A DNA stretch of 28,502 bases. Source: a virus (lineage: Duplodnaviria; Caudoviricetes). The position numbers and the translations under genes were made by a program. The notes beneath the pieces were generated by a model, which was given only the letters and a program-made list of their open reading frames with translations, was not told the origin of the DNA and did no database searches. Where the stretch lies: positions 1 to 28,502 of IMG/VR virus record IMGVR_UViG_3300012664_000083. One strand, written 5' to 3'. Positions 15,113-23,779 of the stretch are shown piece after piece (position 1 is the first letter of the stretch; every line of letters starts with the position of its first letter).

Positions 15113-15291
15113 GGTATTTGTGCCATTTACGGCATAAAAAAGGTTTGACTTGGTTTCGTATATACATCAGCGAAAAAAACTTTAGTCAAGCATTGTTAAA
15201 CGACTTCTATGACCAATGGAAGCTAGGTAATAAAGGGGAATGGGGATGTTGGAAAAATACATTGTCGCAGCAACAGGGCTTGGGTATTTAG
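15079..15291 (+). CDS. Hypothetical protein
   Basis: Tiles the operon; RHEC.VR and QW..GN.G..G.W motifs. Confidence 0.55.
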   Translation: MYEKARHECGVRYLCHLRHKKGLTWFRIYISEKNFSQALLNDFYDQWKLGNKGEWGCWKNTLSQQQGLGI

Positions 15292-15392
15292 TAGTAGGCC
15301 TTGCACAATACTTTAAAGGGTCATTGTCAAACGGTTTAATTTGGATTGGCTACGCTGCCGCCCAAGTTGGTTTGTGGATGAATCTCAAATGA
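15246..15392 (+). CDS. 48-aa two-TM membrane protein (not in ORF track)
   Basis: MLEKYIVAATGLGYLVVGLAQYFKGSLSNGLIWIGYAAAQVGLWMNLK; AAGGGGAA RBS at 15233-15240; ATGA coupling to the next gene. Confidence 0.7.
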   Translation: MLEKYIVAATGLGYLVVGLAQYFKGSLSNGLIWIGYAAAQVGLWMNLK

Positions 15393-15937
15393 TTGGCGTA
15401 TTATTTGCACGGCAAGACAGCCGTTATAAACAACTGTCAGGATATGATGTTTACGACATTGACCGTGATGCTCGTAACTTTAATGAAACATATCCAGTTA
15501 TTGCGCATCCACCATGCAGGGCTTGGGGCAGATTAAGCCACATGGCTAATCCAAGGCCAGATGAAAAAGATTTAGCTTGGTTTGCTTTAGATAAAGTGCG
15601 TAAAAATGGTGGCGTTTTAGAACACCCAAAAGGCAGTCGGCTGTGGAAAGAAGCGCCATTGCCAATGCCAGGCGATGCGCCTGATGAACACGGTGGTTTT
15701 ACTATTCTTATTGACCAATACCATTTTGGTCATGTAGCTAGAAAATGGACTCACCTTTACATTGTTGGAATTACACCAGACCAAGTGCCAGCTATTCCTG
15801 TGCGTGAAGGCACGCCTTGGAAAACTATATGTGGGATTACAGGTCAACCTGGGCGCAGATGCACTCAATACGAAAGGGAATACAGCCCCGATGGTCTTAT
15901 TGAGTTTATGACTGCAATTTGTGAGATGATTAAATGA
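15389..15937 (+). CDS. Divergent C5-cytosine-methyltransferase-like protein (start revised to 15389)
   Basis: IAHPPC (motif IV), VLEHP (motif VI-like), Q..FGH...K.T.L (motif VIII-like); no canonical FxGxG. Confidence 0.6.
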   Translation: MIGVLFARQDSRYKQLSGYDVYDIDRDARNFNETYPVIAHPPCRAWGRLSHMANPRPDEKDLAWFALDKVRKNGGVLEHPKGSRLWKEAPLPMPGDAPDEHGGFTILIDQYHFGHVARKWTHLYIVGITPDQVPAIPVREGTPWKTICGITGQPGRRCTQYEREYSPDGLIEFMTAICEMIK

Positions 15938-16263
15938 AAGACTATGACCCTAATGACGCTATTGATTTCATTTTCAAAACAGCGCCAGCGTATGCAAAGG
16001 CAAAAGGTAACCTCGCTCAATTCGAGGCGTTTAGACACAGCCTTAAAGCTATTGAAATGGCAAAATCAGAAGCAACGGCTATTAACGCAAAAGAAATGGA
16101 TGCGTATAAGTCGCAGGCTTATCAAGAGTTATGCGAAGCTATTGGGCTTGCAACAGAAGAAGTAGAAGCGTTGCGTTGGCAATTAGAAGCAGCCAAGATG
16201 CGCTTTGAAGCCTGGCGTACAGAATCAGCAACAAACCGAAACATAGAAAGAATGACTAGATGA
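15934..16263 (+). CDS. Helical/coiled-coil hypothetical protein (possibly UvsY-like)
   Basis: ATGA coupling; helical pattern YAKAK..AY....Y...L.W..EAWRT. Confidence 0.55.
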   Translation: MKDYDPNDAIDFIFKTAPAYAKAKGNLAQFEAFRHSLKAIEMAKSEATAINAKEMDAYKSQAYQELCEAIGLATEEVEALRWQLEAAKMRFEAWRTESATNRNIERMTR

Positions 16264-16439
16264 CCGACTACTCTGAAAATTACCTTTGTATTCAAAGATT
16301 AATGAAGCAATACCACAACGCTACGCTTAAATGTAATTTTGATTTAGCAACCAAGATTGCCCATGAATTAGCTGATGAAACCATTAAATTAGAGATTGCC
16401 AGCGTTAGGGCATTGAAAGACCAATGGCTGCGAAACTAA
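16260..16439 (+). CDS. 59-aa hypothetical protein (not in ORF track)
   Basis: MTDYSENYLCIQRLMKQYHNATLK...QWLRN; ATGA and TAATG couplings at its ends. Confidence 0.7.
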   Translation: MTDYSENYLCIQRLMKQYHNATLKCNFDLATKIAHELADETIKLEIASVRALKDQWLRN

Positions 16440-16804
16440 TGCGTAATATGTTTGCAAAGCACCAAGACTATGCAGACTTTAAAGGATTGATAGCCACTAA
16501 CCCTGGCTTTGTCCCATGCGACCTTGACGGTATAGCAGAGCGCAATGGGCAATTCTTGGTAATGGAATGGAAAAAGCCTGGTGAAAAACTAAGTGAAGGC
16601 CAAAAGATAATGCTTAAATCTTTAGCAAAAAAAGAAGGATTTATTGTTACTATCATTGTTGGCAATACCGATGAAGAAACAGTTATTGAAGGCTATTGGC
16701 AAATTACCAAAGATGGTGAGTTTTTAAAGTCAGGCACAAGTTTTGGTGAATTTAAACAATTTTACAGAGATTGGTACGCACTAGCTGATGGCTACAAAAG
16801 ATGA
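16439..16804 (+). CDS. PD-(D/E)xK nuclease-like protein (start revised to 16439)
   Basis: DLDG...FLVMEWK...LSEGQ motif. Confidence 0.6.
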   Translation: MRNMFAKHQDYADFKGLIATNPGFVPCDLDGIAERNGQFLVMEWKKPGEKLSEGQKIMLKSLAKKEGFIVTIIVGNTDEETVIEGYWQITKDGEFLKSGTSFGEFKQFYRDWYALADGYKR

Positions 16805-17072
16805 AAAGAAGCGCCTTAATCAGATTGCAGAACTCGGATGTATTTTATGCTCCGAAATCCTTGGGTTTGAAGGCACTCCGGCAGAACTCCATCATGTGCG
16901 GAGATATGGAACTAAACGGTCTACATCCCCTATCTTGCCGCTATGCCCAGAACACCATCGTGGAAATACCGGCCTTCACGGATTGGGTGCAAAGGGTTTT
17001 GAAAATAAATGGCACATTACCCAGGAGAGGCTCTTGGAGTGCGTTGATAAAAGACTTGGAAAGGGAAATTAG
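16788..17072 (+). CDS. HNH-type Zn nuclease, Ref/recombination-enhancement-like
   Basis: GCILC, AELHH, LPLCPEHH..G.H...F. Confidence 0.75.
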   Translation: MATKDEKKRLNQIAELGCILCSEILGFEGTPAELHHVRRYGTKRSTSPILPLCPEHHRGNTGLHGLGAKGFENKWHITQERLLECVDKRLGKGN

Positions 17073-17329
17073 TGAAAAAGATTGAAACAACTCTTGCTGA
17101 AAGAGAAAAAACTTATGGCGATTATGAAAAAGTTGCTTTAATTAGCCAAATAATAAAAGACATTCTTAAAGAAGGTGAGCAGTATATATATTTAAAGGCC
17201 TATCAATTAGAGTCTTTAGACATGATTGCTAACAAATTGGCAAGAATTGTTAACGGTGACCCTAAATACCGTGATTCATGGCATGACATTGAAGGTTACG
17301 CAAGATTAGTGTCGGACAAACTTAAATGA
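17072..17329 (+). CDS. DUF6378-like helical protein (nucleotide pyrophosphohydrolase-like)
   Basis: L.ER..YGD, MI..KLARI..GD....DSW.DI.GYA; GTG start after an AAGGGA RBS. Confidence 0.7.
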   Translation: MKKIETTLAEREKTYGDYEKVALISQIIKDILKEGEQYIYLKAYQLESLDMIANKLARIVNGDPKYRDSWHDIEGYARLVSDKLK

Positions 17330-17406
17330 ATGACCTACTACTATATTTTGGTGTTATAACATTGTTATTACCTATAATAGCGGTATGGATAACACTAAAG
17401 CTCTAA
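17326..17406 (+). CDS. 26-aa hydrophobic peptide (not in ORF track)
   Basis: MNDLLLYFGVITLLLPIIAVWITLKL; ATGA coupling. Confidence 0.45.
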   Translation: MNDLLLYFGVITLLLPIIAVWITLKL

Positions 17407-17742
17407 CGGGTCAAACCCCAATTCAGACGAGATACGGTGCGCTCTACTACGAAACTCCTTATCGTGGTGAGTCCACTTGCTCGTCTTATGACGGCTCATG
17501 TGTATACATTCGTGGCACAAAACACGAATTACCGTGTCCAAATGACCACAACGAGCAGAAGAAATAGTAATCGTATGCTCATACTTTTCCCCGTCATCGT
17601 ATAAATAACTACCCATTAACTGTGGGTCGCTATCTACAATAAAACAAATCTGCTCTGGCAACGGCATAGCCCATCTATCAAACGGCTTCATGCAATAAAT
17701 TGCTGAATACAAGTTACGAAGAATAGACGGAGTTAGCTTCAT
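17395..17742 (-). CDS. SprT-like zinc metalloprotease
   Basis: VLCHECIH (HExxH) and HHDKEF downstream ligand; ATGA coupling to the phosphoesterase. Confidence 0.75.
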   Translation of the reverse strand: MKLTPSILRNLYSAIYCMKPFDRWAMPLPEQICFIVDSDPQLMGSYLYDDGEKYEHTITISSARCGHLDTVIRVLCHECIHMSRHKTSKWTHHDKEFRSRAHRISSELGFDPLEL

Positions 17743-18698
17743 ACTTTATGTATCTTACCCCTAAACTCCACTTCATCCTCACCCCAAACCCTAATCATTT
17801 CAGGCTGCAATAACTTGCTTCTTTCAAAAGAAAGCATCACAAAGCCACTATTCCAATCTTTAGGAGTATCTTCTGTATAGCTAAACTGTTGACCATTAGG
17901 GTCGGCTAGTGTGCCGGTTTGGACTCCCCAGCGTGTGCCGTTATAGTCATTAAACGGAATAGCTGAAAGCACATGGGTATGACCTGTAATCATGTTAACG
18001 CCAGAATTAACTGCGTTATTTCTACCGCCAGTCCAGCCACCTTTCCAACGGTGTTTAATGCAAGTATCTTCATTTATCCAAAAAGACCAGCAAGGTTGCC
18101 ACATAGGAAAGTAATCACGCAAAGAAGTGCCACGCACACCTTCAAATGATGGAAGGTTGGCAATAATAGTCATTTCTAAGCGTTGGTCATGGTTACCCAT
18201 AGGCCAAAACAATTTAGCGCCCTTAGCTACAGCTTCAATCTCGCCCAAGAAATACTGGCAAGCGTCTAATTCTTCTTTAACTGTTGGGACTTTATTCCAG
18301 TCTTGGCGTGGGAAACGGCTTAAATTAGCCCCATCAAGCGCATCGCCATTGCATACTATGGCTGTAGGCTTAAACTCTTTAATCATCTCTAACAGAGCTT
18401 TAAACGCTGTAGTGGTATCGTCAGGCCAAAAGTGTGCATCGCTAAATACAATGACACGGCCTTTTTCTATGTCCATGCCTCTACGGACATGACCAGGTGT
18501 TTGCTCAATCTTTTTAGCGTAAGCTGGGTTTAGGCTAGCAAAAGTAGGTAATTCTATTTTTAAACGACTTTCTATTGACCTACGCCTAGCCATTACATTT
18601 CTTACCGCTATTCCATGCACTCTGCCAAATTCTGCTGGGCTTCCTATTTTATTCCAAGAAGCTATCCATTCTTCATCAGTTAAATGATAACCAGCCAT
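17739..18698 (-). CDS. Calcineurin-like metallophosphoesterase with N-terminal HTH-like region
   Basis: SDAH, NGDALD, GNHD, KH, GHTH motifs; AGGGGAA RBS. Confidence 0.88.
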   Translation of the reverse strand: MAGYHLTDEEWIASWNKIGSPAEFGRVHGIAVRNVMARRRSIESRLKIELPTFASLNPAYAKKIEQTPGHVRRGMDIEKGRVIVFSDAHFWPDDTTTAFKALLEMIKEFKPTAIVCNGDALDGANLSRFPRQDWNKVPTVKEELDACQYFLGEIEAVAKGAKLFWPMGNHDQRLEMTIIANLPSFEGVRGTSLRDYFPMWQPCWSFWINEDTCIKHRWKGGWTGGRNNAVNSGVNMITGHTHVLSAIPFNDYNGTRWGVQTGTLADPNGQQFSYTEDTPKDWNSGFVMLSFERSKLLQPEMIRVWGEDEVEFRGKIHKV

Positions 18699-18711
18699 TA
18701 AATTCCCCTAT

Positions 18712-18724
18712 AATCAATAAGTTA
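18712..18724 (+). promoter_or_regulatory. IHF consensus site in divergent intergenic region
   Basis: AATCAATAAGTTA matches WATCAANNNNTTR. Confidence 0.5.
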
Positions 18725-18743
18725 CTAAATACTAACCTAAAAT

Positions 18744-19028
18744 ATGTCATTCGCAAAAAAAGTTGATAAAAATCAAGCAAGTGTTGTAAAAGCGCTACGA
18801 GATAATGGTGCTGATGTATACCTATTGCACATGGTTGGCAAGGGAATACCAGACTTACTTGTGGCTTATGAAGGACACACTATTTTAATAGAAGTTAAAG
18901 ATGGTGTCGATAAACACTTTACACCCGACCAATTAAAGTTTATAGCTGGTTGGAAAGGTGGCGATTTATTTAGGGTAAATAACGAGCAAGAAGCTATAGA
19001 TTTGTTAAAATCGTACAAACTGGAGTGA
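18744..19028 (+). CDS. VRR-NUC-like PD-(D/E)xK nuclease/resolvase
   Basis: D.NQ..VV.ALR..G, GIPDLLV, LIEVK, T..Q..F...W.G. Confidence 0.8.
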   Translation: MSFAKKVDKNQASVVKALRDNGADVYLLHMVGKGIPDLLVAYEGHTILIEVKDGVDKHFTPDQLKFIAGWKGGDLFRVNNEQEAIDLLKSYKLE

Positions 19029-19031
19029 TAT

Positions 19032-19391
19032 ATGAATGACAACATGGCAATGTTTGCTGCTACGATGCTGCATAGCGCTACTAATACCCATTTTTTCCAT
19101 TGGAATACTGATTCTTTTTCTAAGCACATGGCTTTGGGAGAGTATTACGAGGAAATCGTGGAATTGGTAGATGACCTAGTAGAATCTTACATGGGTTGCT
19201 ATGAGCAGATTAAAACATTCCCAAGCGTCTATCACCAGCCTAAAGAAGCTGTTAAGTATATGGAATCATTGAAAAATTTTGTAGATGATGCCCGTAAAGA
19301 TTTGCCGCAAGAAACACAAATTCAGAATATTATTGATGAAATAGCCCAGCTTATTGACTCTACCCTCTACAAACTACGCTTTTTGAAATAA
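19032..19391 (+). CDS. Dps/ferritin-like four-helix protein
   Basis: HFFHW, HMALGEYYE, D.LVE.YMG, TLYKL; GGAG RBS. Confidence 0.75.
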   Translation: MNDNMAMFAATMLHSATNTHFFHWNTDSFSKHMALGEYYEEIVELVDDLVESYMGCYEQIKTFPSVYHQPKEAVKYMESLKNFVDDARKDLPQETQIQNIIDEIAQLIDSTLYKLRFLK

Positions 19392-19400
19392 GGACATATC

Positions 19401-19592
19401 ATGCCACTCGATAAATCAGGAAGCGCCCAAAGCGTAGGTAAGAACATCAAAGCAGAGATGAAAGCTGGTCGCCCAAAGAAACAAGCGGTGGCAATCGCCC
19501 TTAATGTTGAGCGTGATAATGCTAAAGGTAAGCGTAAAGCTACCCTTGAAGAAGCATACGGTAAATTCCTTGGAAAGCGTGAAGCAGAATGA
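19401..19592 (+). CDS. Small basic phage protein
   Basis: MPL.K..S...V..NI..EMKAG.P.KQAVAIAL motif; AAGGA RBS. Confidence 0.7.
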   Translation: MPLDKSGSAQSVGKNIKAEMKAGRPKKQAVAIALNVERDNAKGKRKATLEEAYGKFLGKREAE

Positions 19593-19813
19593 AACACATG
19601 AGCCGAGCCTACAAAAAAGAAGATGCTATGTTGCGCCCACATAAAGAGTCAACCCTTGAAAAACAAGAAGTTGCTCGCAATAAGCCAAAGCCACAAGAAT
19701 TAGCAGTAGGCGGTAAAGGTGACTTGCTTAACCCATTAAATAACAAGCGTATGAAGCGTAAGGCTGCATTACTGTCAGCTATGAATAAGCTGCACGACCC
19801 CGACATAGCATAG
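19589..19813 (+). CDS. Basic hypothetical protein
   Basis: ATGA coupling. Confidence 0.6.
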   Translation: MKHMSRAYKKEDAMLRPHKESTLEKQEVARNKPKPQELAVGGKGDLLNPLNNKRMKRKAALLSAMNKLHDPDIA

Positions 19814-19853
19814 AAATTGGTGTAGAATAAAACCCTTACAAATCAATTACTTG
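19800..19853 (+). promoter_or_regulatory. Putative late promoter plus IHF site upstream of terS
   Basis: CCGACA (19800-19805), 17 bp, TAGAAT (19823-19828); AATCAATTACTTG (19841-19853) matches the IHF consensus. Confidence 0.5.
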
Positions 19854-19860
19854 AGAATGT

Positions 19861-20181
19861 ATGGACAATAAAGTAGAAGAAACTAGAAAAAAGACTGGTG
19901 GTCGTAAGCCAGGAGTGCCTAATAAAGCCACTCAAGAGGCTCGTGAGGCTATTAAAGCCTTACTTGATGCCAACATACCTTATTTACAAACATGGATTGA
20001 AAGCACCGCAGAAGGCATATTTGACGACCTTACTGGAAAGTGGATTGTGCAACCTAATCCTGCCAAAGCCTGCGACATAGTGCAAAACCTTGTTGAATAC
20101 TCTGTACCTAAATTAGCAAGGACTGAGGTAGTAGGTGATGAAAAGACTCCTGTACGCATGGTGGTGTCTTGGAAGAAATAA
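19861..20181 (+). CDS. terS: Terminase small subunit
   Basis: KTGGRKPGVPNKAT N-terminus and PKLARTE..G C-terminus; immediately upstream of terL. Confidence 0.75.
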   Translation: MDNKVEETRKKTGGRKPGVPNKATQEAREAIKALLDANIPYLQTWIESTAEGIFDDLTGKWIVQPNPAKACDIVQNLVEYSVPKLARTEVVGDEKTPVRMVVSWKK

Positions 20182-21515
20182 TCCAAGAGGTAGAGTTAGA
20201 CTACCAACCTCGTGATGTATTCCTAGATTTCCATGAAAGAAGCCAACGCTGGGCAGTTATCGTAGCGCATAGACGCTGTGGAAAGACTGTTAGCTGTATT
20301 AATGAGTTGATATACAAAGCACTCATTGAGGGCAAAGAAGATGGCAGATATGCGTATGTTGCACCATATTACAGCCAAGCTAAGAATATCGCCTGGGACT
20401 ATCTACTAAGATTTAGTAAGCCAGTAATGGCAAAAGCCAATCAATCTGAACTATGGGTAGAGTTAATAAATGGGGCGAGAATACGATTATTCGGTGCTGA
20501 TAATGCTGATAGTCTGCGTGGTCTGTATCTTGACGGTATAGTTTTAGATGAGTATGCAGATATGCGCCCTCGTATTTGGGGCGAGATTATTCGGCCTTTG
20601 TTGGCAGACAGGCTTGGATGGGCAGTTTTCATTGGAACACCCAAAGGTCATAACGCCTTCTGGGACATCTATAGCAACGCCATTAAGAATGACAACTGGT
20701 ATGCCAAAACCCTAAGAGCAAGCCAAACAGGGCTACTTGCCAAAGAAGAATTAGAAGATGCTGCTAAGTCAATGACTCAAGACCAATACTTACAAGAGTT
20801 TGAGTGCGACTTTGAATCAGCCATTCTTGGCGCTTACTACGGTAAAGAAATGCGTCAGCTTACTGACCAAGGCAGAGTCACTAATGTAGAGTACGACCCC
20901 ATGTTTCCTGTGCATACAGCATGGGACTTGGGCTACTCAGACGATACCGCTATTTGGTGGTTTCAAGTGGTGCATGGCGAGATTAGACTGCTTGATTACC
21001 ACTCATCTAATGGTCAACCAATCGCTTTCTATGCCGGCATTATTCAGTCAAGAGAAAAAGAAAGAAGCTATTTGTATGGCACACATTACTTACCTCACGA
21101 TGCCCGTGCAAAAACATTAGCTAGCAATAAGTCCATAATTGAGCAACTTTCTGACAAAATTCCGTTAAAATGTTTAAAAATTGTGCCAAGTTTGTCACTT
21201 CAAGATGGAATTCAAGCAACTAGGTTAGCGCTTACTAGGGCTTGGTTTGACCACAAGTGCGAAGATGGCATTGAATGTTTACGGCAATACCAGCGTGAAT
21301 ACGATGAGGATAAGAAAGTATTTAGGGATAAACCCCGACATGACTGGACATCTCATGGTGCTGACGCATTTAGGATGTTAAGTATTGCCTGGAAAGAAGA
21401 AGCTAAGTTGCCCCATAAGGATGACTCCATTAAAGGGCTGTATGTAGGACAAACCGATGTATCGCTTAATGATATGTGGAAAGACACAAAAGTCAGGACA
21501 GCAGGGAGAATTTGA
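20169..21515 (+). CDS. terL: Terminase large subunit
   Basis: Walker A AHRRCGKT, Walker B IVLDE, IGTPKG coupling motif, QEFEC, nuclease WDLG..D and HD..SHGADA. Confidence 0.95.
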   Translation: MEEIIQEVELDYQPRDVFLDFHERSQRWAVIVAHRRCGKTVSCINELIYKALIEGKEDGRYAYVAPYYSQAKNIAWDYLLRFSKPVMAKANQSELWVELINGARIRLFGADNADSLRGLYLDGIVLDEYADMRPRIWGEIIRPLLADRLGWAVFIGTPKGHNAFWDIYSNAIKNDNWYAKTLRASQTGLLAKEELEDAAKSMTQDQYLQEFECDFESAILGAYYGKEMRQLTDQGRVTNVEYDPMFPVHTAWDLGYSDDTAIWWFQVVHGEIRLLDYHSSNGQPIAFYAGIIQSREKERSYLYGTHYLPHDARAKTLASNKSIIEQLSDKIPLKCLKIVPSLSLQDGIQATRLALTRAWFDHKCEDGIECLRQYQREYDEDKKVFRDKPRHDWTSHGADAFRMLSIAWKEEAKLPHKDDSIKGLYVGQTDVSLNDMWKDTKVRTAGRI

Positions 21516-23779
21516 TGGCGAATGATAAGGCAACTGTAAATCACAGTTATGAAGATTGGTACAAGACGATTATGGGGTACGAGCGTACCTATAAGCGTTG
21601 GGAAGCCCGTGTAGACCGCATCGTAAAGAAATATAAAGATGATTCAAGATACGACAGAAATCCTAATGCTCGCTTCAACATACTCTGGAGCAATGTCCAG
21701 ACTATTCAGCCAGCTATCTTTGCAAGACTTCCTAGACCTGATGTTAGCCGTAGATTTAGGGACAATGACCCAATAGGTCGTGTAGCTTCAATGATGCTTG
21801 AGCGTGCGCTTGAGTATGAGATTGAGCACTATGGTGACTACAAATCAGCCATGAATAACTCTGTGCTAGACCGCTTGCTTGGTGGTCGTGGCGTGGCTTG
21901 GGTGCGTTATGAGCCTCATTTTGCTGCTGATGAGCCAGGTGAGCCGGAAGATGGATTTAGCGTAACTGAAGATAGCGATGAAGCAGAAACTCCTGAAGCT
22001 GTTGAAAACGAGAACCCAGAGCGTATTGAGTATGAGTGCGCTCCTGTGGATTATGTCCATTGGAAAGACTTTGGACACACTACTGCCCGTACTTGGGAAG
22101 AAGTAACTGCGGTATGGCGTAGAGTTTATATGTCACGCCCTGCATTGGTAGAGCGTTTCGGTGAAGAATTGGGCGGTAAAGTACCACTCGATACCAAGCC
22201 TGATGACCAAAAACAATCCTATAAGTCTGATGATGGTCTATATGAGGCGGTAATCTATGAAATCTGGGATAAAGAAACAGGCAAAGTATTGTGGATTTCT
22301 AAGTCCCTCGGAAAGATTTTGGATGAGCGAGATGACCCACTTCAGCTTGAAAACTTTTGGCCTTGCCCTAAACCCCTTTACAGCACACTTACTACCGATA
22401 GCCTTGAGCCAATTCCTGACTTTGTTATTTACCAAGACCAAGCCCGTGAATTAGATGTATTGTGTGACCGCATTGATGGCTTAATTAACGCCCTTAAAGT
22501 GCGTGGCGTATATGACGCATCATCTAGCGAATTAGCCCGTTTATTCTCTGAAGGCGAAAATAACACCTTGATTCCAGTAAACAACTGGATGGCATTTGCT
22601 GAAAAGCAAGGCATGAAAGGCGCTATTGACCTAGTAGACATCACCCCATTTGCTAGTGCATTGCAACAATGCTACTCAGCAATGGAACAAGTTAAAGGTC
22701 AAATCTATGAATTGATGGGTATTGCCGATATTCAGCGTGGTCAAACTGACCCGAATGAAACATTGGGCGCACAAATCATCAAGTCAAACAATGCTGCTGG
22801 TCGTTTAAAGACCATGCAACACTCAGTAGTAGACTTTGCTACTAGCTTGCTGTCTATTAAAGCCCAAATCATCTGCAATCACTTTACAGACGATACATTG
22901 GTGCAAATCTCTGGAGCTATGCAATTAAGCCCACAAGACCAACAGTTGATTCCACAAGCTATTGCGTTATTGCGTGACCAAGCTGCTAAAAACTTCCGTA
23001 TTGAGGTCACTTCTGACTCAATGATTTACCAAGATGAGCAACAAGAAAAAGCTGACCGCATCGCTTTCTTGGCAGCAGTAGGCCAATATATGCAAATGGC
23101 ATTGCCAGCAGCACAAGCAAGCCCAGAGTTAACACCTATGTTGTGCGAGATGCTGAAGTTTGGTGTTACTGCGTTTAAAGCCGGTAAGCAATTAGAGGGA
23201 ATTATTGACGAAACTGCCGATAAACTGCGTGAAGCACAAAAACAAGCTGAAGGCCAACCTAAACAGCCTCCTGTAGAAATTCAGAAGGTGCAGATGCAAC
23301 AACAGGCTGAGATGCAAAAGCTACAAATGCAAGCCCAGCTTGAGCAAGTTAAGATGCAAAACCAAATGCAGCTTGAGAAGGCCAAGCAAGAGTATCAAGC
23401 CCAAGAGAATCAGCTTAAATTCCAGTTGGAAGAACAGCGTAATCAAATGGACAGGGAAATGGAAGTCAAAGTAGCTCAAATGAAAATGATGACTGAGCGC
23501 AACACTCAAGTGATGTTAGCTCACATTAACAATGGCGCTAAGATTGAAGTTGCCCGTATTGGCTCTGATGATTCTGATGGCGCACAAGCATACGCACATG
23601 AGGAAGATATGGCGCAAGCTATGGCTCACCCAATGCAACCTATTGCTGATGCTATTGGTCAAGGAAACGCACAAATGGCAAATGCAATTAGTGCTTTAGT
23701 TGATACAATTAACACTCAACATAGCCGACCAAAAACAGTAGTAAGAGGCGCTGACGGCAAAATTATCGGGGTTCAATAA
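21515..23779 (+). CDS. Portal protein, P22-like (start revised to ATG 21515)
   Basis: TGATG coupling with GGGAG RBS; ~754 aa, directly after terL, long Gln-rich C-terminal coiled-coil barrel. Confidence 0.88.
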   Translation: MANDKATVNHSYEDWYKTIMGYERTYKRWEARVDRIVKKYKDDSRYDRNPNARFNILWSNVQTIQPAIFARLPRPDVSRRFRDNDPIGRVASMMLERALEYEIEHYGDYKSAMNNSVLDRLLGGRGVAWVRYEPHFAADEPGEPEDGFSVTEDSDEAETPEAVENENPERIEYECAPVDYVHWKDFGHTTARTWEEVTAVWRRVYMSRPALVERFGEELGGKVPLDTKPDDQKQSYKSDDGLYEAVIYEIWDKETGKVLWISKSLGKILDERDDPLQLENFWPCPKPLYSTLTTDSLEPIPDFVIYQDQARELDVLCDRIDGLINALKVRGVYDASSSELARLFSEGENNTLIPVNNWMAFAEKQGMKGAIDLVDITPFASALQQCYSAMEQVKGQIYELMGIADIQRGQTDPNETLGAQIIKSNNAAGRLKTMQHSVVDFATSLLSIKAQIICNHFTDDTLVQISGAMQLSPQDQQLIPQAIALLRDQAAKNFRIEVTSDSMIYQDEQQEKADRIAFLAAVGQYMQMALPAAQASPELTPMLCEMLKFGVTAFKAGKQLEGIIDETADKLREAQKQAEGQPKQPPVEIQKVQMQQQAEMQKLQMQAQLEQVKMQNQMQLEKAKQEYQAQENQLKFQLEEQRNQMDREMEVKVAQMKMMTERNTQVMLAHINNGAKIEVARIGSDDSDGAQAYAHEEDMAQAMAHPMQPIADAIGQGNAQMANAISALVDTINTQHSRPKTVVRGADGKIIGVQ

